Source of the DNA: Octopus sinensis
Lineage: Eukaryota
Reading direction: 5' to 3'
Assembly: GCF_006345805.1 (NCBI RefSeq)
Contig: NC_043000.1
Location: forward strand, 151,218,001-151,282,000
DNA: 64,000 bases
In this document: in pieces, positions 1 to 13,278 of the stretch
Numbering within the stretch: position 1 is the stretch's first letter
Layout of the letters: every line of letters begins with the position of its first letter
Notes under the pieces: model-generated
What the model was told of the DNA's origin: nothing
Database searches by the model: none
What the model saw: the letters and a program-made list of their open reading frames with translations, nothing else
Made by a program: the position numbers and the translations under genes

Positions 1-960
1 ATGATGGGCGACAGTGGTCGGTAGTATCGGTGATGGTGGTGGTGGTGGTGGAGGTGGTGTTGGGGGAGAGCAGTGATGGTGAAGGTAAGTGGTGGAGTGA
101 AAGTAGCAGTAGCGGTGATGGTACTGCTGCCGCAGATAATGAGGGTGGCGGTCGGGTGTTGGTGACACAGACGGTGACAGTGGGTATGATACAATGTTGT
201 AGGAGGTGATGGTGGTGGTGGAGATGATGGTGGTGGTGGTGGTGGTAGTGGTGGTGGGGGCTGTGGTGGTGAGAGTGGTTGTAGTTGGGTGGTGATGATG
301 ATGATAATAATGATGACGATGATGATGATAATGATGACGATGATGATAATGACGATGATGATGATGATAATGATGACGATGATGATGATGATAATGACGA
401 TGATGATAATAATGATGACGATGATGGTGATAATAATGATGACGATGATAATGATGATAATGATGACGATGATAATAATAACGATGACGATGATGATGAT
501 AAAAATGATGACGATGATGATGATAATGATGATGACGATGATGATGATAATAACGATGACGATGATGATGATAATAATGATGACAATGATGATAATGATG
601 ATGACGATGATGATGATAATGATGGCGATGATGATGATAATAATGACGATGATGACGATAATAATGATGACGATGATGATGATGATGATGATAATGATGA
701 CAATGATGATGATAATAATGATGACGATGATGATGATAATAATGATGACGATGATAATGATGATAATGATGACGATGATGATGATAATGATGACGATGAT
801 GATAATAATGATGACGATGATGATGATAATAATGATGACGATGATGATGAAGTTGGTGTTTTGATGCTGATGGAACCGATGGTGACGGCACAGTTTTGGA
901 AGTGGTGTTGGTGGTAGTGAATGCGGTGGTGGTGGTAGTGATGGTGTTGGTTGTGGTGGT
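1..960. repeat. (GGT)n and compound (GAT/GAC/AAT)n trinucleotide microsatellite
   Basis: Directly visible; it produces the poly-Asp/Asn ORF 285-917 and poly-Met/Ile ORF 289-864. Confidence 0.95.
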
Positions 961-1759
961 TAGTATATCATTGACGGTGGCGCTCTCTGGCTAGAGAAGG
1001 TGAGATAGAAAGAGATAAAAAGAGAGTGAAAGAGAAGAAAAGAGAGCGAGTGAGAGAGCGATTGAGAGAGAGGTACGGTGGAGGGGGCTAAGTGGGGGGA
1101 AAGGGTTAGGTTGAAGGTGAAAGTGAAGGGTCTGGTGGTAGAGCGAGTGTTGAAAGCTGTGTGACAGACAGAACCAATGACAGAGCAACTAGGAATCAGT
1201 TTTCGCCTGCAAAGAAACCCACCCACCCGGCCCATACCCCGCTGCACGTGTCAGCCTATAGACCTGTGATTAGCACCATTCTCTAGACCCTGACTAAGCT
1301 ATCATAATCAACGCTTCGGCTCCAGTTACGCCAGTCGCATTGCCAGGTACTTTTATATGTATATATGTATATTTTTGCATCCCACCCTTATTTTTTTTCT
1401 TTCACTGCTTGTACTTTTTTAAAAATTATTTTTGTTATATATTTTTGGTTTTTGTTTTATATCATTTTTATATCAGGAGCATCCTCACACGTGATCACCA
1501 TTAAAAATCGAACTGTTTTTTTATGTGTTTTTTAATGTTTTTGTCTGAGCGAAAAAAATTTTTTTCTTTTTTTTTATGCTATTTTTATTATATTTTGTAA
1601 AATATATTTTGTATATATTTATATACACATATTATTTTTTGAATTTATTTTTCCATTTTTCCATTTATTTATTTATTTATTTATTTATTTGGAAGGTTAA
1701 GGCGCAATAAACAGTAAATATATAAACATAAACGAATTGAAACAAAGCTGAAGCTAAAA

Positions 1760-2030
<271 letters not shown>

Positions 2031-2394
2031 GGTTTAATTTAGGCACAAGGCCAGAAATTTGGGGCAACGGCTCCAACAATAATAATAACAACAGCAATAA
2101 CTAAAAATCAAAGAAAAATACTAAATAAATGTAATTGATAAAAGTTGATATTAAAAAACAAAATAGAAATTTAAAAGATACCAAACTGGGATGTTAATGC
2201 CGTTAGTGAAGTTGGGTTCTAGGAGAAAGAGATCCAGACAGGCACAAGGGGTGAGAGACAAACGGGGTCCAGGGGGAGGGAGGGCAGGCAGTCAGACAGA
2301 CAGAGACAGAGAGAGATATGTAGACACAAAGATATTAAGAGAAACAAGGGTATTGAGCGAAACAGCGGTATGAGAAAAGACAAGTAGAACTGGA

Positions 2395-2490
2395 CAGATA
2401 GAGAGACAGTGTGTGTGTGTGTGTAAGAAAGGGAGAGAGGGGAGAGAGGGAGAGAGAGAGAGAGTGTGTGGTGTGAGAGAGAGAGAGAGG

Positions 2491-2523
<33 letters not shown>

Positions 2524-2603
2524 TGTGTGTGTGAGAGAGAGAGAGAGAGTGTGTGTGTGTGTGTGTAAGAGAGGGAGAGAGGGGAGAGAGGGAGAGAGAG
2601 AGA

Positions 2604-2634
<31 letters not shown>

Positions 2635-2690
2635 TGTGTGTGTGTGAGAGAGAGAGAATGTGTGTGTGTAAGAGAGGGAGAGAGGGAGAG

Positions 2691-2722
<32 letters not shown>

Positions 2723-2825
2723 AGTGTGTGGTGTGAGAGAGAGAGAGAGTGTGTGTGTGTGTAAGAGAGAGAGAGTGTGTGTGTGTGTGTAAGAGAGGGA
2801 GAGAGGGAGAGAGAGAGAGAGAGAA
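2395..2825. repeat. compound (GA)n/(GT)n microsatellite
   Basis: Alternating GA and GT blocks. Confidence 0.95.
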
Positions 2826-3399
2826 ATAGACAAAGTGGAGTTGGTCTTACTATTAATTAATGAGATGAAAGACGTTCATGATGATGATGATAATAGTGAG
2901 GGGGGGATTGATGAAGACGACGACGATGACGACAATGATGATGGTGATAATGAAAATGAGGTGAAGAAGAAGAAGAAGAAGGAGAAGAAGAAGAAAAGAG
3001 AAGAAGAAGAAAAGAGGAGAAGAGGGAAAGAGGAGGAAAGAATAATTATGATGTTGATGAATGGTGATGTGGTAATGGCAAAAAATCAAAAGTGATAGGT
3101 GGTGGAGGGTTGTGTTGAAGGTGGTGATGATAATGAGGAAGAAGAAGAAGAGGAGGGGGAGGGGGAGGAAGAGGAGATGAATTGTGATAGCATCGCTTTA
3201 TTTACCGACAAATCACGTAACGTAAACATCTTAAAAAACCTGATCTTTTCCTATATAACAGAACTAGAATTGAAAATTAAAAAGAAAGAAATCTCTGGTT
3301 TCTCAAACTTATAATATTACTATTAGGAGAAAGTTCTAGAATTCAAAACCACAATACCTGCAATTTCCTCCTCGGAAATTGATCTCCGTTCAACAGACT

Positions 3400-3797
3400 T
3401 ACTCTTTTGCTCTTTTACTCTTTTACTTGTTTCAGTCATTTGACTGCGGCCATGCTGGAGCACCGCCTTTAGTCGCGCAAATCGATCCCAGGACTTATTC
3501 TTTGTAAGACTAATACTTTATTCTATCGGTGTCTTTTGCCGAACCGCTAAGTGACGGGGACGTAAACACACCAGATTCGGTTGTCTAGCGATGTTGGGGG
3601 CGGGGAGCAAACACAGACACACAAACATATACACACACATACATACATATAAATATATATATATATATATACGACGGGCTTCTTTCAGTTTCCGTCTACC
3701 AAATCCACTCACAAGGCATTGGTCGGCCCGAGGCTATAGTAGAAGACAGTTGCCCAAGGTGCCACGCAGTGGGACTGAACCCGGAACCATGTGGTTC
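3400..3797 (-). mobile_element. tRNA-derived SINE family A (slightly 5' truncated)
   Basis: Reverse complement of the copy at 14854-15271: B-box-like ggttcagtccc, CORE-like ccttgggcaa motif, internal (TA/TG)n, tail ...ccagcatggccgcagtc...tgaaacaagtaaaagag. Confidence 0.9.
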
Positions 3798-4171
3798 GTG
3801 AGAAATCAGTTGGTCCAGTAGTTCTGAGAAGGAAATACAGACTCCTGTCCATAGAGATACTCAAACGAGTTAGAAATAACAACCAAATCCCCATCAACTC
3901 ACTCTATTATCTTCAAAAAGAACGCTTTCGATACTATAATATAAAAAAGAAAAGAAAAGGATAGTAATAATTGAAATACTTTAGATCCATTGGTTTGGTT
4001 CTTCTGGACTGATATATATAGCGCTAGGCAAAAACTACATCAATCATTTGCTCCTATAAATAAAAATTCTTAAGAAAAGAATTCCTAATGGTTAAACATA
4101 AAAGGATGAACCCCAAAATAGTTTATCCCTACACATGAATAGTTTATCTCTACCATACCAAGAATCTTGAT

Positions 4172-4398
4172 CAATGGTTCTAACCAGGGTCCATATGGCC
4201 CTTGGGAATCCATATAAGATGTTTTGGTTAGAATTTATGTACAATAAATTGCTTATAATTTTACAATACACAAAATATTTTAACTTTTCTATACAATTTC
4301 TAATACTATCTAATTATAAAACTACAGTAGGATTTTTTGTTTGTTTACATTGAATGGTTAAGGAGGTCCAACAGAGTAAAAGGGGGTTGATAACCAGC
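4172..4398 (+). mobile_element. hAT-type MITE (same family as 37688-37942)
   Basis: Termini caatggttctaacc...ggttgataaccag; body similar to the reverse complement of 37688-37942. Confidence 0.6.
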
Positions 4399-4769
4399 AA
4401 AGTTACTCTTTGGTCACGGTCGTCGTCGAGGTCATCATCGCAGTCTTCGACGTGTTCGTCGTGTTCGTGTTGTCGTGTTCGTTGTCCTCGTCATATTGTC
4501 CTTGATATTTTCTTTTAGTTCTCAGTCGGTGATTCGGAGCAAGGAGACTTCTAATCAAAAACATTCTAAAACTCGTCTATCGATAATCTTTCAAGCATTG
4601 TATACCAACAACTACATTATTCAGTCTGGCTTTTTTTTAAAAGCAAGAATGGAATTATTCATTGGCAGAACTATTAGAGCGTTAGATAAAACTTTTGCAT
4701 TATATACTCGTTTTCTGAGTTCAAACACCACCGAGGTCAAGTTCGCTATTGTTGTTTTGTAATCCTGTC

Positions 4770-4803
<34 letters not shown>

Positions 4804-5304
4804 GATAATATATATATATATATGGACGGTGCTGAGTTGTCAAACATTTAAACCAAACTTTCTCAAAACAACTTCTCCGACCGTCCCATAGGCCTCCCCT
4901 TTGAGAAACACTGATTTAACCTAAATTTGAGACACCAGCAAAAGAAGAAATAACGATATATTTTTTTCTATTCCAAAGAAAAACGATTTTATTCACACAA
5001 ATATGCAACTTGCGCGGACAAATGCACGTTCCCACGGCTTTATCGATCTCATTCTCACCTGGATCGATTTTTGTAATTTTTCAAGACTCATACACGCCCT
5101 GATACCGTCGGTATCTACATATCGAATTTGAGCGCAATCGGATGGAGGTTGCCCAAGATCCTAGAAGACACAGACAGACAGACAGAACGGATTATATATA
5201 TATATATATATATGTTATAATGTATATATAAAATGTTATAATGTATATATAAAAATTAAAAATTGTATAATACAGCAGCATTTAACTTCATTTTTTACAA
5301 ATAT

Positions 5305-5378
<74 letters not shown>

Positions 5379-5502
5379 TATATATAAATTAATCAAAATA
5401 AAAACATATATATATATGACAGTTCCGTCAGTGAACAATCCAACACTCCTGATGTCAATCAGACCAATATATTATACTGTACGCTCCCAACGTATTACAT
5501 GA

Positions 5503-5565
5503 GGGCACTGCGTGCAACTGTGAGCACTGCGTGCAACTGTGGGCACTGTGTGCAACTGTGGGCAC
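5503..5565. repeat. 19-bp minisatellite, about 3.3 copies (gggcactgcgtgcaactgt)
   Basis: Directly visible tandem copies. Confidence 0.85.
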
Positions 5566-5752
5566 GTTGCATTACTGCCAGTGCCCGGTGTATCTGTTGT
5601 TGTTTAACCCCAGGTCGGAGAACATTTTAAAACCATCTCATTCAAGATCATTTCATTCAATTTCCAGATATTTTCCCATGAGTTTTGGTGATGAACACAA
5701 GGAGTCAGGGCTCTATTTCAATGCAAGTATTGGTGTGCTGCTATTTTCTCAG

Positions 5753-5916
5753 GTGTGAGCATCTTAACACAGCGTTTGAAGCTAATGCGGGGGCTGATTC
5801 TTCCGTTGTGTTTTTGTCAGAACTAAATGGAAGAGATTACGATGTCTCGTATATCCAGGATTGGACGTTTCCCCAACAAGATGTACGAAAGAGTCATCAC
5901 TCTGTCAAGGAGCAAG
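5753..5916 (+). CDS. candidate internal coding exon of an unidentified host gene (CEHLNTAFEANAGADSSVVFLSELNGRDYDVSYIQDWTFPQQDVRKSHHSVKEQ)
   Basis: Acceptor ctattttctcag| and donor caag|gtgaga; open frame over 164 bp (phase 2 in, phase 1 out); complex non-repeat sequence. Protein family not recognised. Confidence 0.5.
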
Positions 5917-6649
5917 GTGAGATCAAGTATGAGTGTATGTATTTGTGAGTGTATGTGTGTATGTGAGAGTGTTTGTGTGTGTGTGCGCGAGTGTGTGCAT
6001 GTGTATGCGAATGAGTGCAGGAGGAAAGAGAGAGACAGACAGACAGAGAGCTACAGATCGAGCCACCAGAAATATCTATTTTTTTCCAGACATGGTAAAG
6101 CTCTGTGGTTAAGAAAATCATTCCGCACTTATGTGGTTTCCGGTTCAATTGCAAGACGCGGCACCTTGGTCAAGTGTCTTCTCAGCAGTGAAATTTGGTT
6201 GACGGAAACTGTTTAGAAGCCTATTAGAGGAGCCGTTTCTATTTTGAGCTCTGTTTAACAGCTCGCTCTCTTTAACACCACGTCCTGGCCTTTGGGTTCC
6301 TTCAGTGGAATGTAGGCTGTTGCATGTAATCAGTGAAGATTGGAGGTTTTAGGATCCTTATATCATTTGATGATGCTCCGGATAAGGTTATTTCTTCTTT
6401 AATAAGTTATAAAAAAAACCTCATGTACCGAGCCAACGAAGGAGCCTCTACGTAGTGAAGCAGTTAAAAATAACTGAGTTTCTCCCAAATCTCACCTTAG
6501 CGTCTTAACAAAGTACACACTGGACAATGTAACGTAGGCCTATGTATAGAAACAGACAGACAAGCAGCGTGGCAATAGGATAAATATATTGATAGATAAG
6601 CAGACAGACAGAGGGCTAGCTAGCTAGCTAGATAAGTAGATAGATAGAT

Positions 6650-6735
<86 letters not shown>

Positions 6736-6741
6736 GGTTCG

Positions 6742-7147
6742 TGTTATGGTTAGATAATGGAATAAACTGTGCCCTTTATAAGGAGAATAGTGGCGGGATT
6801 GAGATGATGAGAGCAAGATATTGCTGTGAGTATTGTTTAATCGGGAGACAGAATACTCAATACTCAGTGTAGAAGAGTTTATTCGCTCAAATCTGACAAT
6901 ATACTCTGCCGCTATAATACATACATACACAATAACTAACCTTGTGTTCATCCGTCGTTGTCGAGAAGAAGATGAGTCACGGTGTGTCCTGCTGTGACCG
7001 ATCAGTCCAATGCGTGCTTGTAAGTCTCTTTTGTAGGTCGGAGACTGGTGCTCTGCTCCTGCGATCCTTTTTTTGTTTGTAAGAGGTGGTACCTCTCTTG
7101 ACGCAGCTACGCCAGGCGGTCCTGCGCTTGTATTTCCCATATATACG
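6742..7147 (-). mobile_element. possible solo LTR
   Basis: Minus-strand end ...ccataaca, AATAAA on minus (gtttatt near 6876), AP-1-like tgagtca, about 400 bp GC-richer island. The other terminus and a TSD are not clear. Confidence 0.3.
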
Positions 7148-7189
7148 CACACATGCACACATACGTACGTGAGTACATTCCAAGAATAT

Positions 7190-8530
7190 TTACATGAAGA
7201 GCAGTCGCTCCAAGACCTGTGTTAGATGCATCACATCTCACCTAGAAGAAACAGAAGATAGCTACTTGAAAATCTTCACCAGTAACAACGATAAGGATGC
7301 TTGAAAGAATATGCGCCTGGTGATACAAAATGAATATCGATTATTCCAGTTTGATAGATAACGCCCACAATTTCAACAGCTGTCCAAAAATGTTGCAAGG
7401 TACTAAATAATCACGAGATATTACATTGTTGCGAAAACTATATGCAATAATATCCGTAAGAAGGTTTGTTCCAAAGGTCATATCAAAAGTACACCAGAAC
7501 TAAAATATATCTACACATATAGAAATGAAGAATACTGGTTGAACATTCTAATACAAATGTCAGTCCGGTGCAAACACAATAAACCTGATACGCAGTGGCG
7601 ACTCGTAGATAAAATTAGTGTGGTTGCTGCTTTAGAAAATTTTTAGCCGTTGCTTTAACATTGTGTAAAAAGAAACAAACATATAAAAAGAAAATTTATA
7701 CATAAATTTGATCGGTTCGCGTTTTAGCCATTGCCGAGTAGTGTGTTTAATTTGTTCATTGAACATCGCGAATTCACCCTTATTTTTCAAAATTCCTCTC
7801 TAAATCACAAAATAAGGGAGGAAAACCTGCCTCATTTTTCAAATCCTGGTAGCAACACTGAAGCTGAAAGCAAGATACTAATTTAATTCTACACTTTATC
7901 ACATACAAGAATATAAACATGTTTTTAAGCACAACACACGCGAATCAAAACAGAAGCATTACTTTCACCAGCGCACCACCACAGTTCTCTCTCTCCCTAG
8001 CGTGCAGCTTCCTACCTCGAACATGTGAGTATGCGCACAACAGTCAAACACCGCCTCGCTGGAACTGTGAAGCGCACAGTTCTATATATGGATTTTTGTA
8101 CTTTTTTCATAAACTAGGGGATGGCTACTGAGATTAAGCTTAAGGATTATATAATGTACAAGTATAAAGAAAGAATTAAACAAAAAAGGACTCATTATAT
8201 TGAATGTTATCGATAATATCGAGTGGAAATAGGGGTGTTGCAGTTCCACAGTGCCTATACAAGGGCCACTACTGCTGATACTATTTCTACTGGACAGGAA
8301 AAAGAAATCATGCACTACTGAAGAGATAGTGTATGCCTCGTCTAAATTGCAGAAAATATGAACATCTATAAGGAATTAAAGAGAAACTTAGACGCCTTGC
8401 ATTCAGGCCAAAGGTTTTTCTTTATACTCAAGATCTATAAAAGACAAGCTCAGCTGGTATATTGGTATAGATTCAGACGGCCGAGGAGGGGTCTGTGAAT
8501 ATCTATTCCATCTTGGATAATTTCTCTTGG
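7190..8530 (+). mobile_element. decayed RLE-endonuclease non-LTR retrotransposon 3' part, split by a hAT element
   Basis: Translates as SCPKM...EEYWLNILIQMSVRCKHNKPD (PD-x-D nuclease motif) and resumes after 8275 with ...LDRKKKSCTTEEI; many stops and frameshifts. Confidence 0.7.
7593..8274. mobile_element. non-autonomous hAT DNA transposon
   Basis: Imperfect TIRs cagtggcgac... / ...gccactactg; 8-bp TSD ctgatacg (7585-7592) / ctgatact (8275-8282). Confidence 0.75.
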
Positions 8531-8539
8531 TAAACCTGC

Positions 8540-8557
8540 ATATCTATCTAACTCTCA

Positions 8558-8632
<75 letters not shown>

Positions 8633-8641
8633 AATCTATCA

Positions 8642-8708
<67 letters not shown>

Positions 8709-8975
8709 GATCTATCTGTGAATGTAGCAAGGATGGTACGTATGAATGACGAAGCCACCTTGAGCATAATCCTATGAACCCGGAAATTGAAAACAGAGGG
8801 TTACCCACTTGCAAACAAATGTGGTAACATATAACAATATTGACCGAGGTTACCGTGGACTTTTTCGTAGGCTTTTCTTCCAACAGATAAACCTTATCTG
8901 CTTCTTCCTTTACACCGTACATTACCTTGTAATTTGTCCCATCTGTGTGCAGCCCTGTGTGGCCAATAAAGAAAC

Positions 8976-9058
<83 letters not shown>
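8540..9058. repeat. (TATC)n microsatellite interrupted by a LINE 3' end
   Basis: TATC runs at about 8540-8717 and 8976-9058. Confidence 0.9.
8718..8974 (+). mobile_element. 5'-truncated LINE 3' end (Tx1-like) inserted in (TATC)n
   Basis: ORF terminus [19 protein letters not shown] (stop 8775-8777), then 3' UTR ending ...gtggccaataaagaaa. Tx1 assignment is by resemblance only. Confidence 0.55.
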
Positions 9059-9424
9059 ATTGTGTATGTACACACTTAAAAGCCAACAGTCACTACTATA
9101 TTAAATATACGCATACATATGTGTGTTTGTAAACCTACTACTTCTGTACTTCCTACCAACTGCTCATCGAGTTTATCCTATTTATATATGTGTGTATGTG
9201 TTTGCGTATGCGATGGACAAAAGGTTCTGCGTATGTGATAGCGTATATGCGGAAGCATTTGTCATGTATTCAACGCCCGTCTACTAAGTAACTTTTATTA
9301 TCCCTGCTACTAATAGTAAATTTTTTTCTGTTTAAAATTTTTCATTACTTCTCCTCTTCAGCTGATTCTAACTTATACTAACCATCACACTGTTCCTATT
9401 ATCCTTGAAATATACTTTTCTACT

Positions 9425-9845
9425 TTATGCCCAAGTCCCAAAATTTTGGGGGAGGGGGCCAGTCGATTGGATCGACCCCAGTACGTAACTAGTGCTTAAT
9501 TTATCGACCCCAGAAGTCGACCTCGGCGGAATTTGAACTCAAACGAAATACCTATTTCTTTACTACCCACAAGGGGCTAAACAGAGAGGACAAACAAGGA
9601 CAGACAAACGGATTAAGTCGATAATATCGACCCCAGTGCGTAACTGGTCCTTAATTTATCGACCCCTAAAGGATGAAAGGTAAAGTCGACCTTGGCGAAA
9701 TTTGAACTCAGAACGTAACGGCAGACGAAATACCTATTTCTTTACTACCAACAAGGGGCTAAACACAGAGGGGACAAACAAGGACAGACAAAAATACGGC
9801 TACGCATTTCGCCCGGCGTGCTAACGATTCTGCCAGCTCGCCGGC
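9425..9845 (-). mobile_element. SINE family B, nested/tandem multimer
   Basis: Head ggcgagctggcagaa, B-box gagttcaaattcc, central motif gcctttcatcctttxggggtcgataaa (Nin/Deu-domain-like); repeated internal units. Confidence 0.9.
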
Positions 9846-10039
9846 TTACTATCCTTTAAATATAGTCCAACGAAACTATATATTGGATTTTTCTTTGAGT
9901 TTTATTTAAAGTTCTTGAGGAATTTTAAGCTGGTTGCTAAACAAAGCGACAAGACATTTTAAATTATGAGATTTCCCAGCGGTTGAGTTAATGTGTTTTT
10001 TGAATTGTCGATGCATACACCCAAATGTGTACATCTATT

Positions 10040-10460
10040 CACATAAGACTCTCAGATGGAGAATATTTGGAATGTTTTACAAATCTTCATTGGTTGGATT
10101 TCGAGAATCCGTGTCAGTTTCTTTTCCTCTTTTCCCATGAAACTGAGTATTTCTAGTTTTTTTCTGCAAATTTGTATGTACATAGCCTAATGCACCTATA
10201 ATGATAGCTACAAATGAGAATTTATAGTCAGTGTACAAGAGCTGTAATTTCCGGATTAATTCGCCATAAATGTTCTCTTTCTCCTGGAATCTTGATTGTA
10301 CATTCACATTCAGCGGGCAGCTGACTTCTGCAACAGTGCAGGTTTTTATTCCCTGTTCTATAGAAGAATATCAGGTCTGCTATGTTTGCACTGAATTCAT
10401 GTTTTTATTGTGTTGTTCCACCAATATTCCTTGTTTGTAAATACGTGAATACCTACTGGC
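10040..10460 (-). mobile_element. decayed RLE-type LINE C-terminus
   Basis: CKHSRPDIL...VAEVSCPLNVNVQSRFQEKENIYGELIRKLQLLYTDYKFSFVAIIIGALG: RPD / E-x-SCP / K-xx-Y / IIIGALG motifs of restriction-like endonuclease LINEs. Confidence 0.8.
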
Positions 10461-10479
10461 TCTGATACGCCTTTGACGT

Positions 10480-10522
10480 ACGTACGTATGTATGTATGTA
10501 TGTATGTATGTATGTATGTATG

Positions 10523-10553
<31 letters not shown>

Positions 10554-10773
10554 GTATGTATGTATGTATGTATGTATGTATGTAGTATGTGTGTGTATGT
10601 ATGTGTGTATGTATGTATGCATGTATGTTATGTATGTATGTATGTATGTATGTGTATGTATGTATGTATGTATGTATGTATGTATGTGTGTGTGTATGTA
10701 TGTATGTATGTATGCATGTATGTATGTATGTATGTATGGTATGTATGTATGTATGTATGATGTATGTATGTAT
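10480..10773. repeat. (TATG)n microsatellite abutting a gap
   Basis: Directly visible. Confidence 0.95.
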
Positions 10774-10873
10774 NNNNNNNNNNNNNNNNNNNNNNNNNNN
10801 NNNNNNNNNNNNNNNNNNNNNNNNNNNNNNNNNNNNNNNNNNNNNNNNNNNNNNNNNNNNNNNNNNNNNNNNN
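10774..10873. other. assembly gap (100 N)
   Basis: Run of 100 N. Confidence 1.
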
Positions 10874-11422
10874 AAACGAAAAGATACGGTAAGGAAATGG
10901 AGTCTTAAAACATTGTCTACTGTTGTTGCTTATGTTTTTTTTCTTTGTGCGATGCTTTATTCTGAGAAGTCATGTCAGAATAGAATCAATCACTTATTTG
11001 CCAGTTGTTATCTCGACACTATACCGAATCACGAAGCTCAACAACAGCAACAACAACAACAATGAAAGATACGAAGTCGATGACAACGACGATAACAGCG
11101 CTGACGATGTCGACAACAACAGTTAGCACACGACAAGAACAACTACGACACCCGCCTATACTATAATAACAATAACAACGAAAAAATACCGTGTGATGAC
11201 ATTAAACCAATAGTTTTTCTTTGGAGGAGACTTAAATCTAAGGAAAGACTTCAAAGGAAAAAAGTAAAAGGAGAGAAAGAATATAATGTAAATATAAAGC
11301 GAAACAATTACATAAGAGAACTCAATAAAAACACAGTGGACGGACTGAAGCATATTGAGTTCAATTTCAGCTCGGTTTGACTTTATCTTTGATCAGTCCG
11401 TGGCCTATAAAATAACGTAAAA

Positions 11423-11850
11423 GCGGCGAGCTGGCAGAAACGTTAGCACGCCGGGCGAAATGCGTAGCCGTATTTCGTCTGTAGTTACGTTATGAGTTCA
11501 AATTCCGCCGAGGTCGACTTTGCCTTTCATTCTTTCGGGGTCGATAAATTAAGTACCTATTTCTTTATTACCCACAAGGGGCCAAACACAGAGGGGACAA
11601 ACAAGGACAGACATAGGTATTAAGTCGATTACATCGACCCCAGTGCGTAACTGGTACTTAATTTATCGACCCCGAAAGGATGAAAGGCAAAGTCGACATC
11701 GGCGGAATTTGAACTCACAACGTAACGGCAGCCGAAATACCGATAAATTAAGTACCAGTTACGCACTGGGGTCGATGTAATCGACTTAATTCTTTTGTCT
11801 GTCCTTGTTTGTCCCCTCTGTGTTTAGCCCCTTGTGGGTAGTAAAGAAAA
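11423..11850 (+). mobile_element. SINE B carrying an inverted SINE B inserted inside it (about 11558-11740, minus)
   Basis: 16-bp duplication cgataaattaagtacc at 11542-11557 and 11741-11756; outer copy flanked by aaaataacgtaa. Confidence 0.88.
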
Positions 11851-12464
11851 TAACGTAACTGTGAATCAATCATACCCTTACAAATTCATGACCTTGTTCC
11901 TAAGGAAAAAGGTTGACGTTTAATACAAACTCTAGGGAAGTTTATTCAATATAAGTTAGTTCGCTGAGTGAAAGCAGTGTCCATGGTCTTTGTAGGTTGT
12001 GGTGGGCTCGGTTGCAGCTGATGCCGTGAAATTGCTCAGTATAAACCTCTGTAAGTCACTATCTGTAAGAAAAACGTAAAAACAGAGCAAGCCGAAGGTT
12101 TGCGAATGTTTGCAACAGAGTGGAACCTGTTAAAGGCATTCAAGAGTCAAGTGGATGGTGTTAGCTTGGATGATGTGTTTAGTCTGATGTAACATGGTTT
12201 CCATTTTTGATAAGAAGCACTTTGAAAATGAGCGAGGAGAGTGACTGGCTATAAGCCATGAAACATTACTGGACATCAGGGAGAGAGAGAGAGGGGGAGA
12301 GAGGGAGAGAGGGAGAGAGAGAGAGGGAGAGAGAGAGAGAAACAGGCTACAGAGAGAGAGAGAGAGAGAGAGAAACAGACTACAGACACACAGAGAGAGA
12401 AAGAGAGAGAGAGAGAGAGGGAGAGAGAAAAAAACAGACTAGAGAGAGAGAGAGAGAAACAGGC

Positions 12465-12528
<64 letters not shown>

Positions 12529-12531
12529 GAC

Positions 12532-12573
<42 letters not shown>

Positions 12574-12894
12574 AAGAGACCTACAAACTGATTAAGAGAT
12601 AAACAAGCAATTGTTGTGGATCCCCGGCAAAGGGGACCAATAGAATAAGTACCGGGCTTTTAAAAAATATGCACCGGAGTCGATTCGTTCAAATAAAACC
12701 CTTCGATGTGGTGCCCCATCATGGCCGTAGTCCAATGACAAACAAGTAAAGAAAAAAAACGAAGACAAAAATAGCAACAAATATACCAATAAGTAAATAT
12801 ACAAATGTGAATAGACTAATATAACAATAAATATACCAATATACAAATATAATGACAGTCTACTTAGCTGGAAAAAGGGAGTTATACCTATGAT

Positions 12895-13065
12895 TCAAAG
12901 GGCCAGCCTTGTTGCATTCTGTGTCACATTGAACCCCCTTGAGAACTACATTAAGGGTATGCGTGTCTGTGGAGTTCTCAGCCACTTGCACGTTAATTAC
13001 TCGAGCAGGCTGCTCCGTTGATCGGATCATCTGTAATACTCGTCGTAGTAACCGACGGAGTACCA
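12895..13065 (+). mobile_element. SINE family C 3' fragment (diverged)
   Basis: Matches the 3' half of 28238-28623 (gagaactac.ttaagggta...gtaaccgacggagt). Confidence 0.8.
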
Positions 13066-13278
13066 TCCCATACAAATATAGCAACATATGTTCCAATATG
13101 TAAATAAATAGACAAGTAAAAATGCTCAAACATATCAAAAGATTTCTGGCCTTTTGTCAGAGTTAGGAATCAAGCAGACAAATAGAAAAAAAAATTCCCA
13201 AGTATATGATATACAAATATTCCAACACATTTCTGGCTTTGTACCATAATTAGAAATCGATATTTATAACAAAAGTAG

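Noticed and set aside
285-917. 210-aa poly-Asp/Asn ORF resembling an acidic biomineralisation protein
   Set aside because: Pure GAT/GAC/AAT microsatellite, non-ATG start, no signal peptide; similar tracts occur elsewhere in the window.
3591-3821. Recurrent ORFs such as RRASFSFRLPNPLTR and MVVIPAVLFHHNFLS looking like a gene family
   Set aside because: Translations of SINE families A and C.
11960-12200. Possible Hero/NeSL LINE C-terminal remnant (VGCGGL motif)
   Set aside because: Only one short degenerate motif; too weak to list as a feature.
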